Assembly: GCA_039586365.1 (NCBI GenBank)
Contig: JBDHKN010000006.1
Coordinates: forward strand, 137,402-201,401
DNA: 64,000 bases
Source of the DNA: Gemmatimonadota bacterium
Lineage (GTDB): Bacteria; Gemmatimonadota; Gemmatimonadetes; Gemmatimonadales; GWC2-71-9
Reading direction: 5' to 3'
Shown here piece after piece: positions 49,245-59,009 of the stretch (positions are counted from its first letter, which is position 1; each line of letters begins with the position of its first letter). The notes beneath the pieces are model-generated. The model was not told the origin of the DNA. It made no database searches and saw only the letters and a program-made list of their open reading frames with translations. Made by a program: the position numbers and the translations under genes.

Positions 49245-49282
49245 GAATCGTCCATTTGTGGTCACGGTTTCGAGGCCTTGGA

Positions 49283-49314
49283 AAGATGACTAGAAATAGT
49301 CATCTTATAGTCAT
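49283..49314. promoter_or_regulatory. Palindromic operator of the toxin-antitoxin operon
   Basis: AAGATGACTA-GAAA-TAGTCATCTT perfect 10-bp inverted repeat (49283-49306), plus a third TAGTCAT half-site overlapping the ATG. Confidence 0.75.
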
Positions 49315-49579
49315 GAAGAAGCCTGTGACACCAGGTGTCCGGGTCGCGGAACTCAAGGCGCGGCTCAGTGCCTATCTCCGGCGGGTGCGGGCCGGTGAGT
49401 CCATCACCGTGCTCGACCGTGACACCCCCATCGCTCGCCTGGTGCCCATAGGCGCGGCAGCGCCGCTTTCGGTGCGGCGATCCCACGGTCGCCTCCAGGA
49501 CCTCCGGCTGCCGCCCCCGCTCGAGCTCGGGGTCGACGTGGTGGATTTGCTACTCCAGGAGCGGCAGGCCGATCGATGA
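49313..49579 (+). CDS. Phd/YefM-family antitoxin
   Basis: VAELKARLSAYLRRVRAGESITVLDRDTPIARLVP; ATGA overlap with the toxin gene. Confidence 0.92.
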   Translation: MKKPVTPGVRVAELKARLSAYLRRVRAGESITVLDRDTPIARLVPIGAAAPLSVRRSHGRLQDLRLPPPLELGVDVVDLLLQERQADR

Positions 49580-49989
49580 ACGCCTATCTCGATGCCTCGG
49601 TCCTGCTGCGTCTGGTGCTCGGTCAGCGGGGTCAGCTTGCGGAATGGAAGGCCGTGCGGGTGGGTGTAGCGAGTGCGCTGACCGAGGTGGAATGCCTCCG
49701 CACGCTCGACCGGTTGCGGCTTCACGGTACTGCAGCGGACGAGATCGCCGTCCGTCGCGAGGCGGTGTACCGCCTGGTGGAGCGTATCGAGTTGGTCGAG
49801 CCGACATCAGTCGTGCTACGTCGCGCGGCGCAACCCATGCCGATGGCTTTGGGCACGCTCGACGCCGTCCACTTGGCAACGGCCTTGCTGTGGCAGGAAA
49901 CGCGCGAGAAGGATCTGGTCCTCGCCACTCACGATCGGGCGCTAGCGCTGGCGGCGCGGGCGAGCGGATTGCACGTGATCGGCGTGTAG
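49576..49989 (+). CDS. vapC: PIN-domain VapC toxin
   Basis: YLDAS, SALTEVE, LGTLDAVHLATA, LATHD acidic PIN residues. Confidence 0.92.
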   Translation: MNAYLDASVLLRLVLGQRGQLAEWKAVRVGVASALTEVECLRTLDRLRLHGTAADEIAVRREAVYRLVERIELVEPTSVVLRRAAQPMPMALGTLDAVHLATALLWQETREKDLVLATHDRALALAARASGLHVIGV

Positions 49990-50253
49990 AGCTCAGCCTG
50001 CTGGCTGGCGCGACCTTTCGTAACCCGGCTCGGTAATGCTGCAGGCCACAGCCACGAGGAGGGCCGGCAGGGACAGGATTCCTGTGGTGCGCGACGTCAT
50101 GGTTCACATCCGGCGATCATCTGGCGCGGTGCCGTCCGCGCCGACGCAACCTCACCCAAGAGTTGAATCGAATCTGTCAGGGCGCTCACGTTCCAGTGGC
50201 CCAAGCACAAAAAGCGGTGCCGCGGACGGGCGCCCGCTTGAGACCGAACGCGC

Positions 50254-51048
50254 CTAGCGCTCACCTGGATCAGCGCCGGACAGGTTGATATCTCTCCTGA
50301 TCGGGCCCGCCTGTGCAGTCAAGTCGAGTCTCAGTTCCGTGCGGTCTCCAATATGTACTTCGAGCGTCTCGAGGTGGCTCGGCAGCCGAACTTCATAGCT
50401 GGCCGTTGACGTGGCTGCGTTGCGTATCTGAAACCCGTCCGGCAAGACCACGATTTCTTCACTTCCGTCCCCTCCGATTACCCCAGCCGATGCCGATGCC
50501 GTGGGGTCGACGGTGAGATACAGGGTACCCCCTGCTTGTACGTGGACGATCCTCAGCGTGAACTCCGGGCCCGCCGGCGTGAACGTGATCACCGGGCCGA
50601 GCTCACGAGGCTCGATTGGAGCGGGCACTGCCTCTGGCTGCTCCGCGGGCGCTCCCACGACGAGTGACTTCAAGGCGTCCCAGCGCTCTGCCAGCCACGC
50701 GCGAGCCGGAGTCGCAGATAGTGCTGCGGTGAGTATCACGATTGCGGCCGCCGCCCGCGTGACACGCCACCTCGACCAATGCCGTTGCAGCACTGAGGGA
50801 CGGATCTTCCCGACGACTTCAGGAGGGCTCGAATCGCGGGGTGTCGCAGGCTGATCTTCGAGCTGCAAGGCGCAGCTGAAATCCTGGGACAACTGGCACA
50901 ACTCATCCATCTTGCATCGGCATTCGTCGCACTCGTGCAGATGCGCGTGAAACAGCCGTGCTTCCTCCTGTGAGCACTCTCCGTCCAGGAGCCTGATCAC
51001 ATCACCGTCTTCCATATGTCGTCCGTCATCGGCCGCCGGTTGAATCAT
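50254..51048 (-). CDS. Zinc-finger (ZAS) anti-sigma factor
   Basis: HLHECDEC (HxxxCxxC), one TM helix, periplasmic beta domain; coupled to the ECF gene. Confidence 0.88.
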   Translation of the reverse strand: MIQPAADDGRHMEDGDVIRLLDGECSQEEARLFHAHLHECDECRCKMDELCQLSQDFSCALQLEDQPATPRDSSPPEVVGKIRPSVLQRHWSRWRVTRAAAAIVILTAALSATPARAWLAERWDALKSLVVGAPAEQPEAVPAPIEPRELGPVITFTPAGPEFTLRIVHVQAGGTLYLTVDPTASASAGVIGGDGSEEIVVLPDGFQIRNAATSTASYEVRLPSHLETLEVHIGDRTELRLDLTAQAGPIRRDINLSGADPGER

Positions 51049-51542
51049 GAGAGTGTCCCCGCTACCTGGGCTAATTCGTTTGCGAGCTTGCGCAGGGCCC
51101 GCGCGATCATCGTACCCACTGACCCGGTTGTCGTGCCGACCGCCTCCGCGATCTCCTTGTGCGAGAATCCTTCCTCTCGCATGAGCAACACGGTGCGATC
51201 TTTGGTCGAGAGCTTCAGCAACATCTCTCTCACGAACTGACGGCGCTCATCCCGCTCGAGCTGCTCCAGTGGAGTCGGTGGGGCATCCACGTGCGGCGCC
51301 CTGGAGGGGGCCTGGAACAGCGCGACCGCGTGCCTCTGCTTTTTCCAGTCATCGCGCACCACATTGGTTGCCACCGTGAAGAGCCATGCTCTGAGATTGT
51401 CCGCTCGTGCAGGCGGCTGCCTGAGGAGTCGTAGATACGATTCCTGGGCGGCGTCTGCTGCCTGGTCCGGGTCCCCCGTCAGGCGGGTGAGGTAGCGGAG
51501 CAGAGCATCATGGTGTGCGGCAAATAGCGCGTTCAGGTCCAC
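51045..51542 (-). CDS. ECF sigma factor
   Basis: Region 2 (AADAAQESYLRL, RAWLFTVATN) and region 4 (LSTKDR..EGFSHKEIAEAVG..GSVGTMIARA); start may extend to 51635. Confidence 0.93.
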   Translation of the reverse strand: MDLNALFAAHHDALLRYLTRLTGDPDQAADAAQESYLRLLRQPPARADNLRAWLFTVATNVVRDDWKKQRHAVALFQAPSRAPHVDAPPTPLEQLERDERRQFVREMLLKLSTKDRTVLLMREEGFSHKEIAEAVGTTTGSVGTMIARALRKLANELAQVAGTLS

Positions 51543-51625
51543 GGCATACAACGTTGCCGCTTGGATCCCCGGCGGGGAAGTACGACCCCCGCGCACCGCC
51601 GTCGTCCCCGGCACCAGTCTGTCTC

Positions 51626-52159
51626 TCAGTGCCAAGTCAAGCCGAGTGTGAACACCACGGATACGTTAGTGGTGTCATTGAAGAACAAGAACATGGCGTC
51701 TACGTTTGGCGTCACAAAGAAGTTGCCGCCCAAATGAAGATCGAAGCCGGTTCCGGCATCGAGTGCGATGCCACTCTCTTCGCCGCCCATCCACGATTCT
51801 TCGCCCGCGGCGACACCAAACCCCAGCTTCAAGAACCACTCTTGCAGCGGCCCGCGGCTTCCCCGTTGTAGGTGGAACGGGAAGATCGAGCCGGTCGCGG
51901 TGACGGCCACTCGGTTCGTCTCGATACCGAACTGGTCGCCGCGCCACCAATGCAGCACCTGGCCACCGAACTGAACTCGAGAATTCGGTGTGCCACCCAT
52001 GCGCACGTAGCCCGCCGCACCGCGGGTACCGTCCATCCAGCCACCGCCACCGCCGAAGCTCAGCCAGAAACCCCTGTGGGCCCCCTCGTGCTGGGCACAG
52101 GCCATTCCGGTAGCCAGGGCGCCTAGGGCGATCAGGAGAATTGCAGATCGTTGGAACAT
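51626..52159 (-). CDS. Small outer-membrane beta-barrel protein
   Basis: Signal peptide MFQRSAILL..., alternating amphipathic strands, C-terminal FTLGLTWH; AGGGGG upstream. Confidence 0.72.
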   Translation of the reverse strand: MFQRSAILLIALGALATGMACAQHEGAHRGFWLSFGGGGGWMDGTRGAAGYVRMGGTPNSRVQFGGQVLHWWRGDQFGIETNRVAVTATGSIFPFHLQRGSRGPLQEWFLKLGFGVAAGEESWMGGEESGIALDAGTGFDLHLGGNFFVTPNVDAMFLFFNDTTNVSVVFTLGLTWH

Positions 52160-52234
52160 GTAGCCCCCTGCTGTGTATTGCGTATAATAAATATACAGTT
52201 GTAAATTAGGTATCAGGATGTCGTCCACTAAATG

Positions 52235-52261
52235 AACGATCGGTGGGAGCGCATTCTGACG
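52235..52261 (-). promoter_or_regulatory. Candidate ECF promoter, copy 1 (beta-barrel/ECF/anti-sigma operon)
   Basis: Minus strand CGTCAGA-N16-CGTT (CGTCAGAATGCGCTCCCACCGATCGTT). Confidence 0.65.
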
Positions 52262-52307
52262 GCTTCCAGGCAAGTGACACGGTGCAAACGGAACGGCGCA
52301 GACCAAG

Positions 52308-54833
52308 ATGACAGTAGGCAGCTGGGTCCGAGACGTGGCGCGCGGACTGAAAGAACTGACGGTGCTGGGGGCAGTAGCCCATCTTCTCGTTGGGGCGGCG
52401 GCGGCCCAAGACGGGGGTGGGGGCGGGGGCGGGGGCGGTCAGGGTGGAACGATTGCGGGCACTGTTCTGGCGGCGGATCAGTCGGCTCCCCTGGCGTGGG
52501 CGACGGTGTCCATCACGCAACTCTCCTCCCCGGTGACCGCTGTGGGAGAGCCCGAGTTTGCGCGTGACCGGACCGCCATCACAAGCGGCGACGGCACCTA
52601 CCGCTTTACGGAGCTTACCCCGGCCCAATACCGACTCCATATCAGACGGATTGGCTACTACCCCGCCACGATAGAAGTAGAGCTCAAGCAACCGAAGAGC
52701 GTCACAGTGTCGGCCGCCTTGGAGGTTGCTCCGGTGCAGCTCGAGAGGTTGGTGGTCAAAGGGATTACGCCCGACAAATATGCCCGGACTACGGATGGAG
52801 ACGTCAGCGCAGGGCAAAAGCGGATCGAGATCGAGCGGTGGCGGCAGAAGGCCTTTCTCGGCAGTGACGTCCGGGCTCTTACCCATGCCGACGTTCTCGA
52901 AGCGGTCACGTTGGGGACTGCGGATCCCCTTCGTGCCCTACAGAGGCTTCCGGGGGTGACCACCCGCGACTCATGGACGGCGGAGGTCTGGACACGTGGT
53001 GCCTCGTGGGGCCAGACGCGCGTCTACTTCGACGACCTCCCGCTACTCAACCCGCTACATGCTGGTGGTGTTACCTCGGCGGTGAATGAGGATGTGTTGG
53101 GTTCCGTCTTGTTCCATCCCGGTGTCCGACCGGTCACGTTGGGCGAAGGTGCAGCCGGTGTCGTGCACTTGCGATCTCGTCCGGCCGGGGGGAGCGGAGA
53201 CCTGCGGGGCCACGTCGGCGCCGCGTTGTTTTCCGCCGGTCTCACGCTCGAACGCCGGTTCTCGCGCGGACGGATAGGGGCCCTGCTTGGCGGTCGCAGG
53301 TCGACCCTCGAAGGACCGAACTGGGAGCACCTGCCCCAGGAGTTCGGCGACTTCGCCGGGCGGTTCGATGTCGACCTCGGGAGAGACTGGTCCATCGAAG
53401 CCAGCGGGTTATGGGAGCGAGACTGGATTAATACGGATCTCCCCGATGGGCCAAGGGGCAACCAGTTTGCATGGGGCAACGCCGTCGGCAGGCTAACGTT
53501 CGATGGACCGGTCCCAGGAGCCAATGCGCGTCACACGGCCGGTTTCTCCCAGTTCGACTTGTCCGTCAGACAATACCGGTCTGCGGCGTCGATCGATCGC
53601 TTCAATAGTCACAATCCCACCCAAGGAAACACCAACGGGCGCATCAATCACTTTATCTTGAGCGGTGAATTCGGGTCGGTGAGTCCCGAACAGGACGTGG
53701 ACGGATGGCGGGCCGGCTACCAGCTCATGCATCGTCTTCTGAAGTATGATGGGGCACCCATATCACCCTATCCGATACAGACGTTCTTGGGTCCGCTTTC
53801 TCTACAACAAGATCTGACCGTAGGCTCCCTGTGGGGTGAGGCTCGCTGGAAGCCGGCCAACGGGCTCACGGCGCTAGGTGGGATACGAGTGGAAGCGTCC
53901 GGCTCCATACGAAACGGGGGTCGAGTTCGCTTGGCCCCTCACATCTCGGTTCGATACGCGGTGTCAGAGCGGTGGAGTCTTTCCGCCGGCGTGGGCCGGA
54001 CCTATCAGTACTTGCAGCTGTTGGCTCAAGCCGGGCTGAGTGTCGGGCCCGGACTCCCGACCAGCCATGTCTGGCTGCTTGCGGGGCGGGATACACCGGC
54101 AGCACGAAGCGACGTCGTTTCGTTGGGCGCGGAGCGATGGTTGAGCGATCGGTGGCTGACGTCGGCCGCTCTGTATCTGCGCCGTGTTGCTGGCATCACT
54201 CTCGTTGACCCGACCCCCGGACCGCTCCCGGCCAGGCCCAATACGGTTGTCGGCGAGAGCGGGGCCCGCGGGTTTGAGGTGTCTCTCCGGCGCTTGGCGG
54301 GAAGCTTCACGATGTCGGCGAGCTACAGTCTGGGTGTGTCCGAGATACGAGCGGCAGGACTCCGGTTTCCCGCCCCGTCCGACCGCAGTCACGCCATCGA
54401 CGCGACTGGTACGTGGAGAGTGCCGCGGAAAATCGTCGGGGGGGCGATCCGCATCGGGAGCGCGTTCACTGCCATGTCGGGTGCTCCGTACACGCCGTTG
54501 TATCCCGGGTCCTACGAGTGCGACTACGTGCTCGACCGTTGCAGAGAGCTCGTCTCAGATATCATCGGTGAACCAAACTCGGCCCGGTCTCCGTGGTACG
54601 GCAATCTGGACCTGCTATTCGACTGGAATCGGGCGTTCTCAGCATGGAAGCTCGGTTTCTTTGTCCAACTCCACAACGTTTTCAGGCGCGACAATGCCGT
54701 GACGTATTCTGTCACCCGAGAGGGGCCATGCCACCGTGACACCGGCGACGCACCGTTCTGCAGTCGTCAGCAAGACCTCTTCCGGCCGGATTTGCCCGCC
54801 GTGACCACGGCAGGTCTGAGGATTTCCTTCTAG
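52308..54833 (+). CDS. TonB-dependent receptor with N-terminal carboxypeptidase-regulatory-like domain
   Basis: Signal peptide, poly-Gly linker, RRIGY, plug (DPLRALQRLPGV, TRG, LNPLH), barrel strands, C-terminal GLRISF. Confidence 0.88.
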   Translation: MTVGSWVRDVARGLKELTVLGAVAHLLVGAAAAQDGGGGGGGGGQGGTIAGTVLAADQSAPLAWATVSITQLSSPVTAVGEPEFARDRTAITSGDGTYRFTELTPAQYRLHIRRIGYYPATIEVELKQPKSVTVSAALEVAPVQLERLVVKGITPDKYARTTDGDVSAGQKRIEIERWRQKAFLGSDVRALTHADVLEAVTLGTADPLRALQRLPGVTTRDSWTAEVWTRGASWGQTRVYFDDLPLLNPLHAGGVTSAVNEDVLGSVLFHPGVRPVTLGEGAAGVVHLRSRPAGGSGDLRGHVGAALFSAGLTLERRFSRGRIGALLGGRRSTLEGPNWEHLPQEFGDFAGRFDVDLGRDWSIEASGLWERDWINTDLPDGPRGNQFAWGNAVGRLTFDGPVPGANARHTAGFSQFDLSVRQYRSAASIDRFNSHNPTQGNTNGRINHFILSGEFGSVSPEQDVDGWRAGYQLMHRLLKYDGAPISPYPIQTFLGPLSLQQDLTVGSLWGEARWKPANGLTALGGIRVEASGSIRNGGRVRLAPHISVRYAVSERWSLSAGVGRTYQYLQLLAQAGLSVGPGLPTSHVWLLAGRDTPAARSDVVSLGAERWLSDRWLTSAALYLRRVAGITLVDPTPGPLPARPNTVVGESGARGFEVSLRRLAGSFTMSASYSLGVSEIRAAGLRFPAPSDRSHAIDATGTWRVPRKIVGGAIRIGSAFTAMSGAPYTPLYPGSYECDYVLDRCRELVSDIIGEPNSARSPWYGNLDLLFDWNRAFSAWKLGFFVQLHNVFRRDNAVTYSVTREGPCHRDTGDAPFCSRQQDLFRPDLPAVTTAGLRISF

Positions 54834-54922
54834 GAAACGGCCGCCGCACCCGCCGTACGCACAAGCGAGATAGCTCCCCGTCCGTCGAGCCACCACGAGG
54901 CATAGAACTAACGAGTGCGGCG

Positions 54923-54949
54923 TGTCAGAAACCGACGGCCGCAGTCGTT
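54923..54949 (+). promoter_or_regulatory. Candidate ECF promoter, copy 2
   Basis: TGTCAGA-N16-CGTT upstream of the second TonB-dependent receptor. Confidence 0.65.
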
Positions 54950-55087
54950 GAACCGAGTGATCCTCTCCCCCGACCTCGCAGGGAGGGGGCAGGTGACGGA
55001 CGCCGAGGATCAGATCCTCTATGAGGAGGGTGATCGAGAATGAGCCAACCTTCAATGGCGCGCCGGAGAACGCGGGGGGAAAGACCG

Positions 55088-57412
55088 ATGATCGTCTTGC
55101 GCTCGTCGCTCGTCGTGGCTGCTGTGGTTCTAGTGTCCAGTCAAAGCAGGCTTGCGGCACAGGCCCGTGTTACTGGGATCGTGCTGGAGAACGGGAACCA
55201 CCGCGCCGTGCCAACCGCCCAGGTCGACATCCTGGAGCGGCGACTGCGGACAATCACCGACAGTGATGGGAGGTTTGTGCTGGCCGCGGTACCGATCGGC
55301 ACACACACTCTGCGCGTGTCCCGCATCGGGTTCCAACCGACCGAACGGGAAGTTGTCGTGTCCGACACTGGGTCCGTTGACCTGGTCATATCGGTGGTCC
55401 CTGTCGCGCTCCGGCTCAGTGAAGTGGTTGTTGTGCCCAGTCGTTACGGGGTCTTGGAGGCGGAGGTTGTGTCGCAGCAAACGGTGACGCGTGACGAGAT
55501 CGAAATCATGCCGCAGGTGGGTGAGGATGTGTTTCGAGCGCTCAAACGGCTCCCGGGCGTTGCCGCCGATGACATCTCCACTAGGCTCAACGTGCGAGGC
55601 TCCACCGACCGGGAACTCCTCGTCCGGCTGGACGGCCTGGAACTGTATGAGCCCTATCATCTCAAGGATTTCGACGGGGCGTTGGGGATCCTCGACATCC
55701 ATTCCGTGGGTGGAATCGAACTGCTCACCGGTGGATTCCCGACTGAATACGGTGACAAGCTGGCCGGAGTATTCGAGATGGAGTCACGCACACCACCCAT
55801 CACCGGGACGCGCACGACACTCGGTTTGAGCATCACCAATGCCAGCGCCATGAGTCAGGGTGGGTTCGCGGGAGGGAAAGGTCAATGGCTGGCATCAGCC
55901 CGCCGAGGCTATCTGGACATCGTCATGGCGCTCACCGGTGGTGACGACAACCTCTCGCCGCGCTACTGGGACGCCTTCGGCAAGCTGCAGTACGCAGTCC
56001 ACGACCGCCATCGACTCACCGCCAGTGCGCTGCACGCCAGTGACAACCTGAGGCTCCACGAAGAAGAAGATGATGTCGATCTCGTCACGAGCTGGAAGAG
56101 CAGCTACGGCTGGCTCACGTGGGACGCTTACCCGGGTCCGGGGATATCAGCCCGCACGGTGGGTTGGGTGGGACGACTGACGCGAAATCGGATCGGTGAG
56201 CTGGAAGACCTGGGCGGGAATGACACCGGGCCGGAGTACTTCGATGTAAAGGACGACCGGGTCTTCACATTCAAAGGCGCCCGGCACGATCTGGGAGTGG
56301 AACTCTCGGACTGGATGATGCTGAAGCTCGGTGGTGAGGTGAAACAAGTCGCTGCAGCGTACGACTACTTCAACCTGACGCGCGCGCTTGTGCTGTCACC
56401 TACGGGTGAGGTCGGCGCCCGCTACCACACGACCGAGGTCAATCTCGATCCCGCTGGCGAGGAATACAGCGCGTACTTCGCGACGCGTGTGCGCCCTATT
56501 GAGGCGCTGACGGCGGAAGTAGGGCTCCGCTACGATCACATCTCCCACACCGGTGACAGTGACTGGGCGCCGCGTTTGCTGGCTGCGCTCGATCTGACCC
56601 GAAATACCACTTTGCGGGCCAGCTGGGGGCGCTACTACCAGTCGCACGGCATTCACGAGCTTGAGGTGGGGGATGGTGAGCAACAGTACTTCCCCTCCGA
56701 CCTGGCCGAGCAAATCGCGTTCGGATTGGACCAGCAACTCGGGGCCGATCTGACACTTCGCATCGAGGGGTATCGCAGGACCTCGCCAGATCTGCGCCCG
56801 CGCTATGTCAACGCCGGCCGCGAGCTGCAGGCTTTCCCTGAGGCGGAGGGCGACCGCATGCTGATCGATCCGGACCGCGGGAGAGCGAGTGGTGTGGAGC
56901 TGCTGCTGCTGCGCGAACAGGGCCGCAACTGGGCGTGGTCAGCGAGCTACGCGTACGCCATTGCGGAGGATGAGATCGCTGGCAGGTGGGTGCCCAGAAA
57001 CCTCGACCAACGACACACGGTGGGGCTAAACGCCAGCTTTCGCCCCACCAGTCGGTGGCAATTGGCGGGGGGCTGGTATTACCACACGGGGTGGCCGGCT
57101 ACCGAAATCACGTACGCGGTCGATACGACCACCAATGGCACGGTTATGTTCTCGCGCGAATTTGGTCAACTCAACGGCATCAGATTACCCAGCTACCATC
57201 GGCTCGACTTCCGGGTAACTCGCTCATTCCCGGTGGGAGGCGGTGTGCTCCAGGCCTACGTCGACCTGTTCAACGTGTATGGCCGAACCAACCTGCGGTC
57301 CTACGGTTTCGGCGCATCACTCTACGATGACGGTCGGCTCGTGGTCAGCCGATACAACGGTGATGAGTTGCTGCCGTTCCTCCCGTCTATCGGGTTTCGC
57401 TACGAGTTCTGA
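55088..57412 (+). CDS. TonB-dependent receptor
   Basis: SRIGF, LSEVVV, EDVFRALKRLPGV, VRG, GGFPTEYG, LPSYHRLD, C-terminal GFRYEF; start ATG 55088 after GGGGGA. Confidence 0.92.
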   Translation: MIVLRSSLVVAAVVLVSSQSRLAAQARVTGIVLENGNHRAVPTAQVDILERRLRTITDSDGRFVLAAVPIGTHTLRVSRIGFQPTEREVVVSDTGSVDLVISVVPVALRLSEVVVVPSRYGVLEAEVVSQQTVTRDEIEIMPQVGEDVFRALKRLPGVAADDISTRLNVRGSTDRELLVRLDGLELYEPYHLKDFDGALGILDIHSVGGIELLTGGFPTEYGDKLAGVFEMESRTPPITGTRTTLGLSITNASAMSQGGFAGGKGQWLASARRGYLDIVMALTGGDDNLSPRYWDAFGKLQYAVHDRHRLTASALHASDNLRLHEEEDDVDLVTSWKSSYGWLTWDAYPGPGISARTVGWVGRLTRNRIGELEDLGGNDTGPEYFDVKDDRVFTFKGARHDLGVELSDWMMLKLGGEVKQVAAAYDYFNLTRALVLSPTGEVGARYHTTEVNLDPAGEEYSAYFATRVRPIEALTAEVGLRYDHISHTGDSDWAPRLLAALDLTRNTTLRASWGRYYQSHGIHELEVGDGEQQYFPSDLAEQIAFGLDQQLGADLTLRIEGYRRTSPDLRPRYVNAGRELQAFPEAEGDRMLIDPDRGRASGVELLLLREQGRNWAWSASYAYAIAEDEIAGRWVPRNLDQRHTVGLNASFRPTSRWQLAGGWYYHTGWPATEITYAVDTTTNGTVMFSREFGQLNGIRLPSYHRLDFRVTRSFPVGGGVLQAYVDLFNVYGRTNLRSYGFGASLYDDGRLVVSRYNGDELLPFLPSIGFRYEF

Positions 57413-57667
57413 TGTGTAGCCAGTCCCAGCTGCGGCGTTGTGACGGCTGAGGCGGTCTTGCTGAGTTGGTTTTGCACCGTCGAGACACCACGGTCGCGGG
57501 CGCCCCGGCTGCGTGACTTGCGGCCAGTGGGAATCACAACCCCCGGCGGTCCGAGGCGTCCGGCTACCAAGCGTCTCTCAGGCGTGAAGCCAACTCGGCA
57601 ACAAACTAAGGAGGTCGCAGTGCCGCTCTCGAGCTGGCTGCGAGCCTCGATCGTTACGGAGAAGACT

Positions 57668-58816
57668 ATGAACAGGATGTTGCTTGCCATTGTGCTCGTA
57701 TCATGCACTCTGTCTTGTTCCGAGAGTGTGACGGAAGTTCAACTCGAGCCCGCTTTGGCAGAGCGGCTGCAGGAGACCCTGGACAGCGCACTGACCGCGT
57801 CGGGTGGGAAGGGCGTTTCTGCCGCGGTGGTCATGCCCGGCGGGGAAGTCTGGACAGGCGTCAGCGGAATATCGGAACCGGGGGTTCCCATCACCCCGGA
57901 CATGCTCTTCGACATGGGAAGCGCCGGGAAGAACCTGTTTGCGGCTCTGGTGCTCGCGCTGGCCGAGGACGGCCTGGTGTCGCTGGACGATTCCCTGCAA
58001 GAGTATCTACCACCCCTGCCGCACACTGACGGCACGATCACCCTGCGGCAGTGCCTCAATCATACGAGTGGGCTCTACATGGAAGTGGAGCATCCAGACT
58101 CGCCGTTTCGGCAGCCCTATGACTCGATCGACTTCGAGAAATGGTGGACGATCGACGAGATCTTCACCACGCTGATGGAAGATCCCTACTTCAGTCCTGG
58201 AGAGAGCTGGCACTACTCACAGGCGGGATACCAATTGGGCACTCTGATCGTGGAGCAAGTGACGGGCTCGACCGTGCCGGAGCAAATCCAGTTGCGGCTG
58301 TTGGATCCGCTGAACATCCACGGCATGCTGTTGGATCTCAGCGAGCCGATTCCTTCTGACTTCGACATCGCGCACAACTGGGTGGACACCGATGGCAACG
58401 GCACTGCTGAAGATGTTGCCGCGAGGTCCAGGAACTGGATCAACTCTCTATCGCGGATCCTGTTCTATACCACGGCCGAGGATTTCGCCAGGTGGCTGCA
58501 CGGACTAATGCAGGGAGCAGTGCTGGACCAGGCTTCGCTCGATGAGATGATCACCTTCGTGTTTCCGACGCCCGGGGAACCCATGTTGGCTGGCTACGGC
58601 TTGGGGATTCTGGAACCTGCTCCCGGACTCCTCCATGAAGAACGAATGTGGGGACACAGCGGCTCGATCGACGGCTACAGAGCCGTCGCGATGTATCTGC
58701 CCAAGTACCACTTGACCGTTTCCATGCTCATAAACTTTGATGGTGACGAGGAGGAGATCAGCATCTTTGGTGAGCTGATTAGCATGTTGGTGGACCACGT
58801 TTCTTCCGGAGATTGA
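57668..58816 (+). CDS. Serine hydrolase (beta-lactamase/D-Ala-D-Ala carboxypeptidase family) lipoprotein
   Basis: TLSC lipobox, GSAGK (SxxK), LNHTSG, YSQ (YxN position), GHSG; GGAG upstream of ATG 57668. Confidence 0.9.
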   Translation: MNRMLLAIVLVSCTLSCSESVTEVQLEPALAERLQETLDSALTASGGKGVSAAVVMPGGEVWTGVSGISEPGVPITPDMLFDMGSAGKNLFAALVLALAEDGLVSLDDSLQEYLPPLPHTDGTITLRQCLNHTSGLYMEVEHPDSPFRQPYDSIDFEKWWTIDEIFTTLMEDPYFSPGESWHYSQAGYQLGTLIVEQVTGSTVPEQIQLRLLDPLNIHGMLLDLSEPIPSDFDIAHNWVDTDGNGTAEDVAARSRNWINSLSRILFYTTAEDFARWLHGLMQGAVLDQASLDEMITFVFPTPGEPMLAGYGLGILEPAPGLLHEERMWGHSGSIDGYRAVAMYLPKYHLTVSMLINFDGDEEEISIFGELISMLVDHVSSGD

Positions 58817-58887
58817 TCCGTCACTGTCGCCCTGCGACGGCTCTGGTGGCTCCTCTATGAACGGGCATGGTGTCCCTCATTACCTGC

Positions 58888-58914
58888 TGTCAGAAACCGA
58901 CGGCCCCGGTCGTT
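58888..58914 (+). promoter_or_regulatory. Candidate ECF promoter, copy 3
   Basis: TGTCAGA-N16-CGTT; first 18 nt identical to the copy at 54923. Confidence 0.65.
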
Positions 58915-59009
58915 TGACGGGCGTAGTCGGTTCGCGGACAGTAGTCACAGTGGAGAAGCGGATGCCGACCGAGACGATAAACCGTAGATGGATCGCTAGG
59001 GAGTACACC

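Noticed and set aside
57535..57560. CACAAC-N16-CGTC as an ECF promoter for the serine hydrolase
   Set aside because: Single occurrence that does not match the three-copy motif; too short to support alone.
54923..58914. 18-nt direct repeat as CRISPR repeat, att site or IS end
   Set aside because: Only two copies, 4 kb apart, with no cas, integrase or transposase; better explained as promoters given the third copy with the same spacing.
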